64,000 bases of DNA from Tubiluchus corallicola (GCA_030141605.1 JAQGDQ010002376.1:354422-418421); one strand, 5' to 3'; counted from the first letter of the stretch, positions 37,383-50,400 are shown. Program-made: numbers and translations. The notes: generated from the sequence alone by a model not told the origin.

Positions 37383-40300
37383 TATCTTATCTTATCTTAT
37401 CTTATTTTATTTTATTTTATTTTCAACAGGATTCGTTTGCAGCACGATTTTCCTTGGAACTCTTCTAACGTGATAACCAACCTTGAGAGTTGAAGCTAAC
37501 TATAGAGCAGAGCTTTTTTCGATTATGTTTCACACAGCTCATTGAATTACATGCTCGGCTTGAAACGCTTATTAGACTAACTTGGAGCAAACAATAATGG
37601 AAAGAAGCCAGTTTTCGTTAAGTTACACTTGTTATACCATCACTCGGTGTGGTTTTTCATCGATGAATCATACCACATTCTTCCTGCCTTAATTAATCTA
37701 GCTAAGGTTTACAAGTGTCATTCTGTGTTGACGTTCGGAAAATACTGCTGATTTTATTAGCCGTCTTCTAATATATATAATCTTGAACTGCAAGGTTCAA
37801 AGAACTGTAAAACGACTGTTATCAATTCGATTGCGTTCACTGAGGTTTCTAATGGGTTGTCACTTGTCAGGAAGCGAGTTTTGTCTTGGAAACGTCTCAG
37901 ATATTCCAATGGCGAAGAAAAATTCTCAAGCAGCACAAGTGAATTCAAGTGGTGGTGGTAGTGGTGGTGATGGTGGTGGTGGTAGTGGTAGTAGTGGTGG
38001 TGGTGGTGGTGATGCTGGTAGTTGTAGCGGCAGCAGAATTTATTCGCCACATGCAAGTAGTCGGGCACCCGCGTCGCTCCAAAGATGGTTTCTATTGGAG
38101 TTTTGTTACTGTTCCACCGAGAATACTGTAAGAGGTAAATGAAGAACTCCAGTATGTGCCTTCAGGTATGATCGCTGAGAAAAATTCCTAGTTTTACATT
38201 ATTTAAAGGTACAAGAAGGAAATCATGTCTCATAGACCTACCAAAATAACCTACCAAAAACATAAAAGAAAGTGATACATTAGAAGTATTCAAAAACAAG
38301 CTTAAAAAAATAAGAAACGCAGCTTATATCCATCCACTCCACTAATAAATTGTCTCATATTTTTCTAATTTTACCAACATGGAGTATAATTAGTCATGGT
38401 TTTATTTTAAAAATAAAACTCCGTTTTAAGTATATGTCTCCTGTGCAACATCTAGTTTTATTAATTTCCTGTTAAGTGGCTAGTTGTTGTGTTTCAGTAT
38501 TTTGTGTAATTTGTAGTGATGTATCTGTAATTACTGTTTGTGCCCCTGATGTCGTAGTTTTTGTATTAATAATCATTGTAGTGTATTTTCTATCGGTAAT
38601 ACTTTGTGTATATTTCACATATTTTTAGCTTAGCTTAAAATTTTATACACTTTGCACATTTGTAGTTTTTAGATGCTCACGTTTTTCTGATATTCCTAAT
38701 TTCTAATTTGCATTGGATGCATTTGTCTTCACCAGTGTTTTGTTTTAGAACAACTAGTTGTTGTCTTTCATGCAATCCGTTTTATGACAAATAAAGATTT
38801 TACTACTACATGTACTAACTAAAACCTTCCGCATGCCTATTGAAGTTGCACTTATTTATTACGCAATAATACATCTCCCATGTTTGCCAAGTCGATTTTA
38901 ACAACTCGTCTAAGTGACGTGTCATAAACTGTAAATTTCTTTACAACGATAGAGCGTTGAACTGTTTGCAAATTTGCAAATTAACTGCGTGAACAAAACA
39001 TCAACAGTTTATGTTGCGATAAGAACTAATTCCTTATGGCTGGGTTATCGTTTATATGTAAACCCCGAAAACACGCTGATAAATAATTTTATATTTCGCA
39101 ATAGGGAGAAAGAGACAAACACGAAGGCTGAAGTTGCATTAGTGCATAAGTGTACAAACTTTTGAGTGTCTTGTAAGTTGTAAGACAGAGCTTGTATCAG
39201 TTTCTTTTGCTTTTTAAATTTAAGCCTCTGATAGAATGTTTCTAATGATGCAGCTGTTTGAAAGCGAGAAAACGTTGTATGGGGTGAAACGTGAAACTCG
39301 GCGGATCTCCGAAAGCGTTTGCATTTCAGAAAAAAAGGTGTAGCGTTACAGCTTGCTTTAGAAATACAATCGATATAGATTAAAAATTTATTGAAGACAA
39401 GCATTTATGAGCGCATATTGTTGTTGCTCGGCTGTGAAATTTATTTTTGACTTGTCCTCCTGATTCTTATCCTTGCGAGGAAGCAATAAATGTGCCTAAA
39501 ATTAATTTGTTTGCGCTCTTCACGGAAAAAGCCCACCATTACTGAGCTTATCAGTAATTTTTTGCTTCATATGAAGTTTCGTGACACACGCCCAGGGCTA
39601 GGGTCACGAAACTCACAAGAAACACTTCCTAGGTGGGGTGTTATGCATATGTGTAACCCGTCGCCCCCGGGTCAAAGGTCATGGATCGGGCAGGGTTTAT
39701 TTTTTTGTCAGGCTGGATCTCCTCCTACAGGTTTTGAGCTAGGGCCACAATTTTTGGTATGTCGCCAGGTTGTTGTGTCGAGTCGAGTTGTTGTGCATAT
39801 GAGTCATTTGCGTATGAGAGAATTTTTCGGTGAGGGGCAAAAACCAAAATCGAAGGGGTCGTGGACATTAGTGCTTCCAGTGTCGAGGAACAGTAACGCG
39901 TAATATATCAAATGAAATGTTTCGATGAGACAAATCGAATGGTGTAAGTTTCGCTGATGTTGGTTGATCCCTGACCTGGACAAAAACCGAAATCGCAGGT
40001 TGGAACACCGATGCTTCCAGTGTCAAGTAACAGTAGCTTATAGTACATCAAATGAAAGGTATGAACGAGACTAATTGAGTAGTATAAGTTACGCCCCTAA
40101 CTTGTTGACCTTGACCCCGAGGTCATAGGAAAGTGGAAATACAGGTTTTACTGTCTTATAATATTTCAAATGAAAGGTCTCGGTGAGACGAATTGAATGT
40201 TATGACCTAAGCCTAGACTGGTCAACCACTGACCCCACTAGAGGACAAAAAGTGAACTTTCGTGGAAATGATACAAATGCTTCATATATCGAGCATCAGT

Positions 40301-43300
40301 AGGTTGTAGTACAGCAAATGAAAGGTCTTGATGAGACGAATCGAATGGTGTATTTTGACCCGTATTTAGTTGAGTCTTGACCTACTGGTCACTGGTCAAA
40401 AAGTGACAAGCTCGGATTTCATTGAAACTGTTAATCGGAATCAAACAGATTTCATACAATTAACAACATACAGTTGTTATTTATTTTGAAAACAATTTTT
40501 ATTTGTAAATACAAAACAAAGGTCGTCATGTGAAGCTTCTCCTGTCACAGAAGCGGAATGTCACCACAGTACAGTCAAAAACGTGCACTGGTTATTATTG
40601 TTATTTATACTCTGCAAACTCTAAGATCACAAAATTCACAGGGTGGGGGAATGACAACACTGTGTTGACCTCTGACCTCCAGTGAAGGGTGAAAGAGGGG
40701 GCGGGTCTTTATTAACTTTTCATCAGGATCCATCTGTTCCTCTAATTTTTGAGCTAGGGCCAGATTCTTGGGTATGTGGTCAGGTGGGGCCACGTTTTTG
40801 GGTATGGCAGAATATGGGTCATTTGGAGGGGAAAATTTTCCGCTAGGAGGCAAAAATCGAAAAATGTGGGTCGGGAACAGAATGTGCACCAAGTGTCTAG
40901 GAATCGAATACCTTGTAGCATTTCAAATGAAAGGCCTCGAAGAGATGAGACGAATTAATCGTATATATGAAATGTCTCGATGAGACAAATTGAATGGTAA
41001 TAGTTACGCAGAAATTAGTTGATCTCTGACCCCAGTAGTGGACAAAAACCGAAAAATGAGGGTCTGGGACAGAATCCATCGGGTATCTAGGAATAGTGTA
41101 TGTAACATATCAAATGCAAAGCCTCGATGAGACGAATTGCATGGTATATGTTACAATGAGAATAGTTAGCCTGTGACCTTTTTAGGGGATAAAATAGGGG
41201 TTGAGGAGACAAATGCCTTCCAGTGTCAACCGAAACTAGTTTGTAGTACATCAAATGAAAGGTCTCAACGAAACAAACTGAATGGCATAAGTCATACCGA
41301 GATTGGTTGACCTCTGACCCCTGGATCACGGGTTGAAATGTTACAAGTTGCCATTTCATTATGAAGCCAGTTCCTATGCATTTAACCAAAGCGAATTCAA
41401 TAAAGCAAAAAAGAACTTTCAACGAAAAGGCTGGCGTCCTTTCAATATCAGATTCTGTAACTACTGCCTATATTATTTGCAAAATCCTCGGCTTCTGAAA
41501 TATTGTCAACTAATTACCACTGTTTTCCTTATTTACAAATAAGTGGTACATAACCTTTTCCTAGGGTAAGAACGAGTAGTACCACAGAACAATTTATTAT
41601 ATCAAAGGTTTGATGAAACAATAGAGAATTTATCATGGCTTCAAAGTTTAGTGTGAAAATCCTTCGCATGAACCGAATGAGATGGAAATTACCAGACGGC
41701 AACCCTGCCAAACACGTCGGAGCTATCCTGAACGATATAGAGGGCGCTAAGATGATAACAAATCTGCCGTTGGTGATATTTAACATATAAGCTTGTGAGA
41801 CATCTGCAAGATGTTTCAGAGGATCTTTATTTTTTATGTCATTGCTCCAACAATACCCCTCAAGACTGCGAGACGTATACGAAGCTTTCACACCAAATTT
41901 TCAGGGCATGATAGCTTCGCTGTTGTTCGAGCAGCATATTAGTGTAAAAAATGTTCTGTACTGTTATCCGTTTTGTATCCCCTAGCAAAAACTTGCTTAC
42001 ATACCACCCTGCACATCTGTTAGTCCAATAATAAATATAGATAATTAATTTAGAAATGTTTAGATTATTTCGGGTAATTATGAAACAGAAACATCTTTCG
42101 TTTTGAATTTGTTTAAGTGTCGTAAAATCAAAATGTTAATTGGACAAACCTTAAAATAGCTCTCATTGTGACTTGTGAAGATATAAGACATATCTATATC
42201 TATATATGTATCTGTATCTGTATCTGTATCTATTTCTGTATCTACATCTGCATCTACATCTTCATGTACATCTACATCTATAATCTATTACCTCCACTTT
42301 AGCTACGTTTGTATCTATGCCGTTGTAAGTAGAATTTAGCTGCATTTCTTAATTGCCGATTGCCGAAATGAAAAATAACACGACATTTTGCAACCTGATT
42401 TTCCGTACCTGATTTTCCTACACCCGTCTTTCCGAATACTACGATCTTGGAATCTGTTGGTTTCGGCGATTTCTGCATTTCTGCAATTGTTGTCGTTTCC
42501 TTTTCAACTGCTGCTGCTAGTTCTACTGATATGAAAAATCATTTAAGATAGTCTGAATGCAGCCAAATTGTCGCTAGATCAGAATAAAATAATTCAGTAG
42601 AACCTATTTGGGCGAGCTTTGGTGTACTTCTCACATATGATATTTGAATGCATTATTAGGCACTTGTTAAGCTTTTTTATCCTCTGTGGCTATGAAAATT
42701 CTTGACGTGATGCGAGAAATATCGTCTTCACGTGTATTCCATTTAAATTCATCCATAGTTTAGGTGGGTCACTCATCTCTCGTGTGAGACAATATCGAGA
42801 GAAACTACTGTGAGGTTTTTGTCTTCTTCGCCTGCAAAAGCGATAAAAGAGAATATAGTAATCTGTATTATAATCACGCTGCGCGTATAAAGAGAATATA
42901 GTATTCTGTATTATAATCACGCTGCACATATAAAATTTATTGACAATAAAGCATTGAATTACTTCTTTGCAGTAGGGGTTCCCAACCTGGGTCCCAGGGA
43001 ACACAATATAGCTTTTCAGGGAGTGGTAGAAATATAGGTTATATGACTTGTTTTTTTTATTTGTTTTTGTTTATGTTATTACCTATTGAAATGGTTGCTG
43101 TCGATTTATCACCTACTCATCAAATTTCAAGAAAGTTGAAACAAGAACAAAGGAATATAGTAATTGAATTTTAAAGTAATAATTGTGATTGCTCAAGTGC
43201 AATGCTATATGTGGTTCAATACTAATATGATATCATTTTTGAAAAGTCGTTTAATCAAACATTAGGGGTCTGTATACTGCATAGAAAAGATCCCCTGCTT

Positions 43301-45935
43301 TACAAACATCTTAAAACACAACACTATCCTAGGATCCGTTGACGTTAGATGCTTACAAATTTTCAAAGTGGGCTAAGTAATTTTGTAGGTTCAGTGTCTA
43401 CCTCAATTTTAATAAACTAGATTGATTTGGGTACCGCCATAAGCGCCACGGTAAGTAGTCACTGCTGATGAATGCAGGACGCCGGCTTGCAAAATATCCA
43501 AATGAAAAAAATGGTGAAATGCAGACATTCAAAAACTTCTTTTGCACTTTCACTCGTAGAAGAAGAAGTCAGAGTGATTATTTTCAGACTTTTCTCATTT
43601 ATCATGTTACGTTTTGCTGATGCATTCATTAGATTCGTTAGGTTTTAAATTCTGACAAACTCTTGACAAAATTCTGACTGTATCGGATTCTGCTTAAATT
43701 TGCAGTTTTATTACATTTTGTTAAATTAATTCTATGTAAGAGATGATTGTAATTGACCAATACGTCTTAAGCACTCTCATTTAAAGTCTGAACGTTGTAA
43801 ATGCCAATCAGCTTCGTTTTTATGGTAATCACCCATTCCGCCAGTTAGCATTTCGCCAGTTGTAGTTAGAAATAGTAAAGTAAGCATTTAAATAGTACTG
43901 CACTTCGCCAGCGCAGCATTTCGCTAGTGCATCATTTCACCACTGTGCCATTTCGCCAGGTGATATTAGAGATAGCGCTGTAAATATTTAAATAATCCTG
44001 GCGAAAGAATAGACTGACGGATGATAGGCTGGCTAAACGATAGACTGACGAAATGATACACTGGCGAATTGTGCCCAAGCGAAGTGACATACAACTGCAT
44101 CTTTTGTCCCTCCTCAAGAGTTTCAGCTCATGCATCACTCCTATAATCTTCTTGCTTTATTTAAAGAGATTTACTGGAGCATTTATTATTTTGATAAGAG
44201 ATTGAGACATACGAGCAGAAACTGTCTATAACGATGCTGATCGCATTCAAAAATAGCAGTAAGAGTCATTAATAATTTGTGTTTCCTCGAAGAGTTCGTT
44301 TATGGAATAATGCCCTAGCTGATTAAGCAAATAATTCACAATGTAGAACATTTGCTCAAAATAAAAGTATACTTTGCAAACATTTGGTTATTGGTAGCCA
44401 CAAATTTTTCAATTTTCTTACCTATTTGGAGATCTAAGAGATTGATTAACTTTGCATCTATGATTTTAAATTCATGCAGAATAATATTACACTTTATCAA
44501 TTGACTAGAGTAAAGATGTGTTGTTTATTTTTATTTTATTTTATTTCACATTCAATAAAAATATACATTAAAAAAACAAACTATAAAACATTAAAAACAT
44601 GAATGTGAGGAGAGACGTAAAGAGACAAGCTGTTTACATGCGCCTATCGTACACAAGCCATTTATCAAAATTCTATCTAATGTTGAAAAGTTTAGAACTG
44701 CCCGCAGTGACCAAAGGTGCATCATTTACCGGACTGGATAGGGAGTTCCACATTTGAACGACACGGTTAGAGAAGAAAACCCCAGAACCTCTTTTATTCG
44801 TCCTTCGCGAGACAAAAAGCTAACGTAACAATTACTTATTTATGTGCTGCATCTTTACCTGTAAGACATGTAAATAAATATAAATGAGTAAATAAAATAC
44901 GTAAATAAATGTTGTCTTTGCTTTTGTCAGCTTAAATTTTTTACCCGAAGGTTAAAATATATGTCTTGGGAATTTTTTGCTCAAACAAAACGTTAATTTG
45001 TGATTAGCGTTTTGACCATGAACATAGAAATTATAGCAATTTTTTTCTTTTCTTTTATGCAAGACAGGAAATTTACTGCAATTTCTTTTGGCTATACAAG
45101 CAACGCGCAACGTATTGGCATTATACGTAGTTTTAATTGCAACAACATAAACTAAACGGTCCATTACGTTAAGGCTTAGGTTCCTGTGAAACCCTTGTGA
45201 CCTTGTAAGCTTGGCAGCAGTAAAAGTTTTATTACTTAGTTTGCTAATTTTAGATTTCCGGTATTCCGACAAGATAATAAGCTCGTAACTCGACGAGTGG
45301 CCTATATGTTACAGGTTTCTTAAAATTCCTATGCATTTCATATAACTGATTAACTGGCTGACTGAAATACTATAGATTTTGAATGAAAGTGATTTACAAG
45401 TTATAGCCGGCACATCAGACCATAAGGCTTGTATACCTCTGTATAGCCTCTGTTTCTTTCTCCGTCCGCCCGTCCATCTACCTTTTTAGCTATCTGTCTC
45501 TCTGTCTGTCATTTGTTTGTTTGTCTGTTTGCCTGTCTGTCTGTCTGCCTGCCTGCCTGTCTCTCTGTCTGTCTGTCTGCCTGCCTGCCTGTCTCTCTGT
45601 CTGTCCGTCTGTCTGTCTGTCCGTCCGTCCGTCCGTCCGTCCGTCCGTCCATCCATCCATCCATCCATCAATCCATCTATTTATCTATCTATCTATCTAT
45701 CCATCTATCTATCCAACCGACCTACCAACAAATCGAATTTAAATTCGCACATCCCCTAAAATAAAATTGCCATTATACAAAATGTCTAGGAACAGTACAC
45801 TACGAATCCAAGAATTACACATTATGCCCGGACACACATTAGCGTTATATATATTATGCCTATGAAAAGTGTAGAAGGAACTAAGTTAGACACTTTACCT
45901 GGTTTGTTTTGACTTTCCATTAAATGCCTAGGCAT
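29022..45935 (-). CDS. RERG: RERG-like Ras-family small GTPase (210 aa from ATG 42478; 238 aa from ATG 45935)
   Basis: Exons (-) 45935-45899 (less certain), 42525-42409, 32649-32593, 31889-31816, 30947-30759, 29806-29659, 29116-29022; all phase-consistent. G1 [13 protein letters not shown]-type [21 protein letters not shown]3 LDTGGQ, G4 GNKAD, G5 ECSA, tail GRRRSS...LNKVF without CAAX. Confidence 0.93.
29925..30245 (+). mobile_element. Interspersed repeat containing a tRNA-like SINE head; related copy at 63017-63145
   Basis: GTGTGAGCG(C/A)TCTAACATTGGAAAT..TTGGTTGGCCA present at both loci; B-box-like GATTCAAATCC at 30061. Confidence 0.55.
30270..30555 (-). mobile_element. tRNA-derived SINE with a Meta-domain-like central region
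   Basis: - strand B-box GAGTTCGATAC followed by GGCCGGGTAATGCCAAAGACTTTAAAAATGGT...GCCTGGCGCGTGACATTTAGGG, resembling the MetaSINE core as I recall it. Confidence 0.6.
31312..31765. mobile_element. Penelope-like element remnant with inverted terminal segments and a degenerate minimal hammerhead
   Basis: 31320-31405 is an inverted copy of 31697-31755; - strand 31374-31334 reads CCAT TTTAAAAA GCTG..CAAC GAAA CGCG TC ATGG. Confidence 0.5.
33552..33925. mobile_element. hAT-type MITE, copy 1
   Basis: Ends CAGGGCCGGATTAT ... ATAATCCGGTTCTG with subterminal GGGCCCCTAGG motifs; homologous to 36785-37152 and 54494-54852. Confidence 0.8.
36785..37152. mobile_element. hAT-type MITE, copy 2
   Basis: CAGGGCAAGATTAT ... 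ATAATCCGGCCCTG; interior shared with copy 1 (AACTTATTGCAAATT, TAAATAAACTAGAA). Confidence 0.8.
37256..37423. repeat. Graded pentanucleotide microsatellite TTTTA>TTTCA>TCTCA>TCTTA>TTTTA
   Basis: Directly visible. Confidence 0.95.
37948..38035. repeat. (GGT/AGT)n trinucleotide repeat
   Basis: Directly visible; source of poly-G, poly-V and poly-H ORFs. Confidence 0.9.
39558..41412. mobile_element. Non-autonomous element with short inverted ends and an internal array of about 140-bp units (Helentron/HINE-like or MITE)
   Basis: TTTTTTGCTTCAT ... ATAAAGCAAAAAA ends; eight copies of core TCAAATGAAAGGTCTCGATGAGACGAATTGAATGG at about 39908, 40047, 40166, 40314, 40923, 40967, 41110 and 41251. Confidence 0.65.
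43824..44092. mobile_element. MITE-like element with subterminal TTCGCCA/TGGCGAA motifs
   Basis: Repeated TTCGCCAG in the left half and inverted CTGGCGAA in the right half. Confidence 0.5.
44525..44820 (-). mobile_element. CR1-type LINE 3' fragment
   Basis: - strand [13 protein letters not shown] (typical CR1 ORF2 C-terminus), then a 3'UTR ending in (AATAA)n. Confidence 0.7.
45490..45715. repeat. Graded tetranucleotide microsatellite (TCTG/CCTG>TCCG>TCCA>TCTA)
   Basis: Directly visible. Confidence 0.95.
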
Positions 45936-46199
45936 TGTATAGAATACCCGGTTTCACACTGCCTGTAAAATATACACAGTACAGCCACTCGAAGGCGTTG
46001 GACAAGCGCTCAGACGCTCAGGCAGATAACATACCAAATTGCACACAAAATCGTCAGTGACATTATTATCACTTAAATTAGGCACTTTTTCCCAATAATT
46101 ATAAATGACTAGTTAATTTTTACATCTTTTCACACTGAACGTCAAGGTGTACTAAATGTTGACCGTTGCGGCGGGACCGGAATTTACATACATCAAGGA

Positions 46200-46430
46200 T
46201 AATCCTCTTGAATGACACACTGGACCGACAGAAATGTCTTTGCCACGTTGGATATGCCAAGGACATACGCATACATCCTCCCTCAATGACAGAAATCCCG
46301 AGAAGCCGTGTTACAGACGAAACTGACTAAAAGAAGTATTCCCGGGTGGCTGCCCATCCATTTACTAATCAGATTGCATCGCTTAACTTCTGTTGCTAAC
46401 CTGGTAGCCTAACCATAAACACCGGCTTCT
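46200..46430 (-). mobile_element. 5S rRNA-derived SINE (SINE3-like) or 5S pseudogene fragment
   Basis: - strand 46392-46336 GAAGTTAAGCGATGCAATCTGATTAGTAAATGGATGGGCAGCCACCCGGGAATAC aligns to the 5S internal control region (box A GAAGCTAAGC, box C TGGATGGGAG, GGGAATAC); the 5' half of 5S is absent. Confidence 0.65.
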
Positions 46431-48175
46431 TCCGAACGTTAAAAAATCTGGGTAAATAACGTACAAAGATAGAAACGTTCTTTAAGTGTTCCATGGTCAT
46501 AATTTAAATAACTTCTTGGCAACACGTCTTTGCCGAATAAATACGCACAGGATTGTAAAAATGACAATAAATTGAAAAGGTCACATTCTGCATCATTAAC
46601 GCCAAGACGAGCGGACGCTGACGCATAATAAGTTTTCCAATAAAGCTTTTACGACTTTTCTGCGTTATCTGTTAAACCTCATCAAAGAACTCGTTAATTA
46701 TTCATTAATTACTGCGGATATAAAACTAAGCACAAATTAGAGGCCTGTTAGAGTGAAGAAAAGACCACTGCGGCCGTCACCTTCAAGCAAATTTTGTCTT
46801 TTAGGGGAAATTGTGTTAGGAAATATCTCGATATGAAGCACAATAAATAGCAACTGAAATGAGCTGGCGCTTGTCATTGGCGCTTATAGCGATTGCTCAG
46901 TTTTTAAATGCCATCACATTGTGCATAATGGCACTATGCTATAGTACAGTCCTTAGGCCTAATCAGCGCCGTCTATAAATGTGAATGCTGAACTGTCAGA
47001 AGCTTATGTACCTTTAAATTTGGTGGTTTGTTTAACTCAGCAAATGCGTCTTTGGTATCTGTACGATTAAGGCTAGCAGTATTTCAAAAATTAAGCTGAA
47101 AAGTACTTTTTGTAACTGCGTAGTTTGAGTTAGACTTACACGCGTTGTGTTAGCCTATTAATCTGTGAAAATGAAATGTTCTGATTGGATTGCAAGTGGC
47201 AACTTAATATTATTGCGTAATATTAGCTAATATTACTTTGAATAATACGTTGATCAAAACAAGACGGTACGTCAAAGTCCGTATATATGAACATTTAGGC
47301 CTTTCCGTACACACTAAGTGACCGCTGAGCAAACCATCTTACTCTCCCGTGTATGAACAAAGACAAATGACAGATCATCTCACAGCGTTACAAAATTTTA
47401 CTGTTATAAGTTTTGCTCGAACTGTTTCACAATTTTAAGCAATATCTAAATAATCAACAATCCAACGTACCTTTAGGCCTACACCTACTTGCTTAAATGA
47501 CTTCGGGGTGTTCACTAAAAATTATTATCGATGAATATATTTAACTACTAGGCTCTGAGTGTTTTTCAAATTTTTTCACTCATTAGATGTCTATCAGAAA
47601 ATGAAAGAAAGCTCACCATGTTCCTATAGGTGCATTATTATGTTAGACTTTTGATAAATCTGGGATTTTTGCAGGATGTGTCTATTGCAAATATCGTTAC
47701 CCATTACAATTTAGAGAAAAGGTGTTATTTATTTGACATCCATTCAACTCTAGTAGGGCGCATTTTTCAACTCAAATCTGCCGTGAAAGCTGGTAAGCTT
47801 CTTGATGTGACAACGACGGAATGGCAGTCGAACGACTTAAACCACTTATTTGAAAAAACAATATTAGTTGTTTTGTAGCAACGAATGTTCATATTGCGCA
47901 AAAAGCAGGAAAAGTTAATTTAAGTTTTTGTCGTTTCAAGCCAGTTGAATGACTTTAGTTAATCGTGTATCAACGCCTATATCATTGGAATCCTCCCAAC
48001 AATTTACGAAATTACAGCTGCACGGACGGTTTCTAAAGGTGTCGTTCATGCTTTATCATTTTACGATAAGCTACAAACATAAGGACATTTGATAATAATT
48101 TAAAAAAAAACAGAGTAACGTGACCACTAACCTGTCGCAGTTGTTATTAAGTAAAACTAACGAGTCTTAATCCAA

Positions 48176-50400
48176 CGTTTAAAAACGTTATTGACGTGTT
48201 AATCAGCGACACTCAAAAAGGTTTGTTAAAGGGTCGATACATAGCTGAAAACACAAGACTATTGTACGACATTACTTTACGCAGAAAAAGTGGCATTCCT
48301 GGAATTTTGTTATTAATTGATTTTGAAAAGGCATTTGACACCATAGAGTGAAAATTCATAGACAAAATATTAAACTTTTTAAATTTTGGTGATAATTTTC
48401 AAAAATGGATCAGAATTTGTTATAATAATATTGAAAGCTGTGTGCTTAATAATGGATCATACAGTAGCTTCTTCAAATTGCATCGGGGAAATAGGCAGGG
48501 GGACCCTGTCTCGCCATACATTTTCATATTGTGCGTGGAGTTTTTAGCTTTTGAAATATGTAAAGATGTTAAGAGTATTGTTGAAAATAACAACGAAATA
48601 GTCTTAAGCCAATATGCGGATGATACCACAGTTATTCTCATCTGCTTCACTATTTGCAGCCCATCGTATAGTAAATAATTTTGGTAAATTTTCTGGGTTA
48701 AAAATGAATTCTAATAAAACAAAGGCAATTTGGTTCGGTGCCTTAAGGGGTTCCCAAGCACGCATTTGTAAAAATTTACAGTTGGACTGGACGAATGATA
48801 TCTTTACAGTTTTGGGAATAAAATTTGATCTGCATAATTTGGAGAAGATTTTTGATCTGAATTTGAAAGATAAACTTGTTGAAATTCGAAATCTTATAAA
48901 AGTTTGGTCCTGGCAATGACTTACGATCTGTGGGCGGATAGCTGTTTTTAAATCGTTAATATTGTTAAAAATAGTCCATTTGTTACCATCCCTCCCCATT
49001 GTGAATTATGAAAAATTTAAACCTATTGAGAAATTAGCATATAAGTTTGTATGGGGTGGTAAACGAGATAAAGTTAAATAAAAACACTTATGTCCGAAAT
49101 TTCAGAAGGTGGAGCAAATATGGTGGATTTGGAATCGCTTGCCGAATCCTTGAAATCTAAGTGGACTCAAAGGCTAATGACAACAGATGGAACTTGGCAA
49201 GAGATAACAAAAAAATTCTTAGAAAAACTGGGTAGAATCCCATTTTGGAAAATGGAAAAAACTTTCCTAGTAAAGAAGAGTGTAACGTTTGGAAACCCCT
49301 TCTGGCAAGATGTAATTATATGCTGGTGTGAAGTATTAAGAAATCCGATAACTCAAACGGATTATTTAAAACAGACATTATGGTATAATAATAATATAAA
49401 GACAAACGTTACTCCTGCGTTCTGTACAACATGTATTGAAAATAATGTATTATACGTTAAGGATTTAATGAATGATAATGGAACCGTAATGCCACGTGAT
49501 CAGTTCATTAGTAAATTTGAAATTGAAGTTGATTTTCTTGAATATTACAGTCTTGTCAGTGCAATTCCAAATAGATGGTGCAATGATATTCGAAATGCGG
49601 GTGTTAAACAGTGTAGAGCCGAGACTGAAAATCGCGGAACTGAAAAACTTGTATCACAAGGCGACTTTAAAACATCGATTGTGTATAAAAAGTTATTATC
49701 TCAAAAAAGTCTTCCGCCAATTTCTGAACTGAAATGGTAGGGAAAATTCATAAATTATAATATAAATTGGAAAAACGCATATCTGCTTGGTTTCAAATGT
49801 ACAAAAGATCCTAATAGACGCAATTGCCAGTTTAGTGTTCTGCACAGAATACTAACCACAAAATCAATAAGGTTGATTCTGACACTTCTAATTTTTGCAA
49901 TTCGGAAACAGAAACCATATTACATATTCTGTGGGATTGTAATAAAGTAAAACTCATATGGGAACATTTCAAACAATGGTGGGTGCAAAGTACAAGTAAT
50001 GCATAAGAAATTGATAAGTCAATTGTAGTTGTTTAAATAAGACCATTTTAATAGTAAAATATTATATTTGGTGTACTCGAAGCAAATTACGAATACTGAA
50101 TTTTAATCATGCAGTGAGCTGTATTAAGTATATGTATAAGGCGGAGAAATATGTAGGTGCCTATCTTGGGATGCTAGAAAAAGTTGAAGCTAGTTGGTTA
50201 TCTTTGAAACATATATTCTAATGATTTACTGAACAACCAAAATTGCCAGATTGTAGTCAATGCATATTTACTGATTGCAACTAATTGCATTCATTGACAG
50301 TCAATTAGTGTTTACATTTGTTTAATGTTAATTTAAACGTCTTAGTTTTTTGTAATTTGTAAAGTATGTTTTGTATTAAATAAAATGTTAAATAAAAAAA
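48176..50400 (+). mobile_element. 5'-truncated L1/Tx1-clade LINE (RT and C-terminal region), inactivated
   Basis: QKGLLKGRYIAEN, ILLLIDFEKAFDTI, RGNRQGDPVSPYIF, SQYADD, SEGGANMVDL, ETILHILWDC; stops and frameshifts; AATAAA plus A-rich tail at about 50380-50400. Confidence 0.92.

Noticed and set aside
37757-38142. His-rich and Gly-rich ORFs
   Set aside because: Caused by the GGT/AGT repeat inside a RERG intron.
39900-41300. CRISPR-like look of the palindromic core array
   Set aside because: Eukaryotic intron, no cas genes, degenerate repeats, and spacers of about 100 bp that are homologous to each other.
43464-43495. Hammerhead-like CTGATGA plus hairpin
   Set aside because: No GAAA after stem II and no stem I or III pairing.
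45486-45764. Four overlapping ORFs with repetitive peptides
   Set aside because: Translations of the tetranucleotide microsatellite.
46336-46392. Functional 5S rRNA gene
   Set aside because: Only the 3' half matches, with many substitutions.
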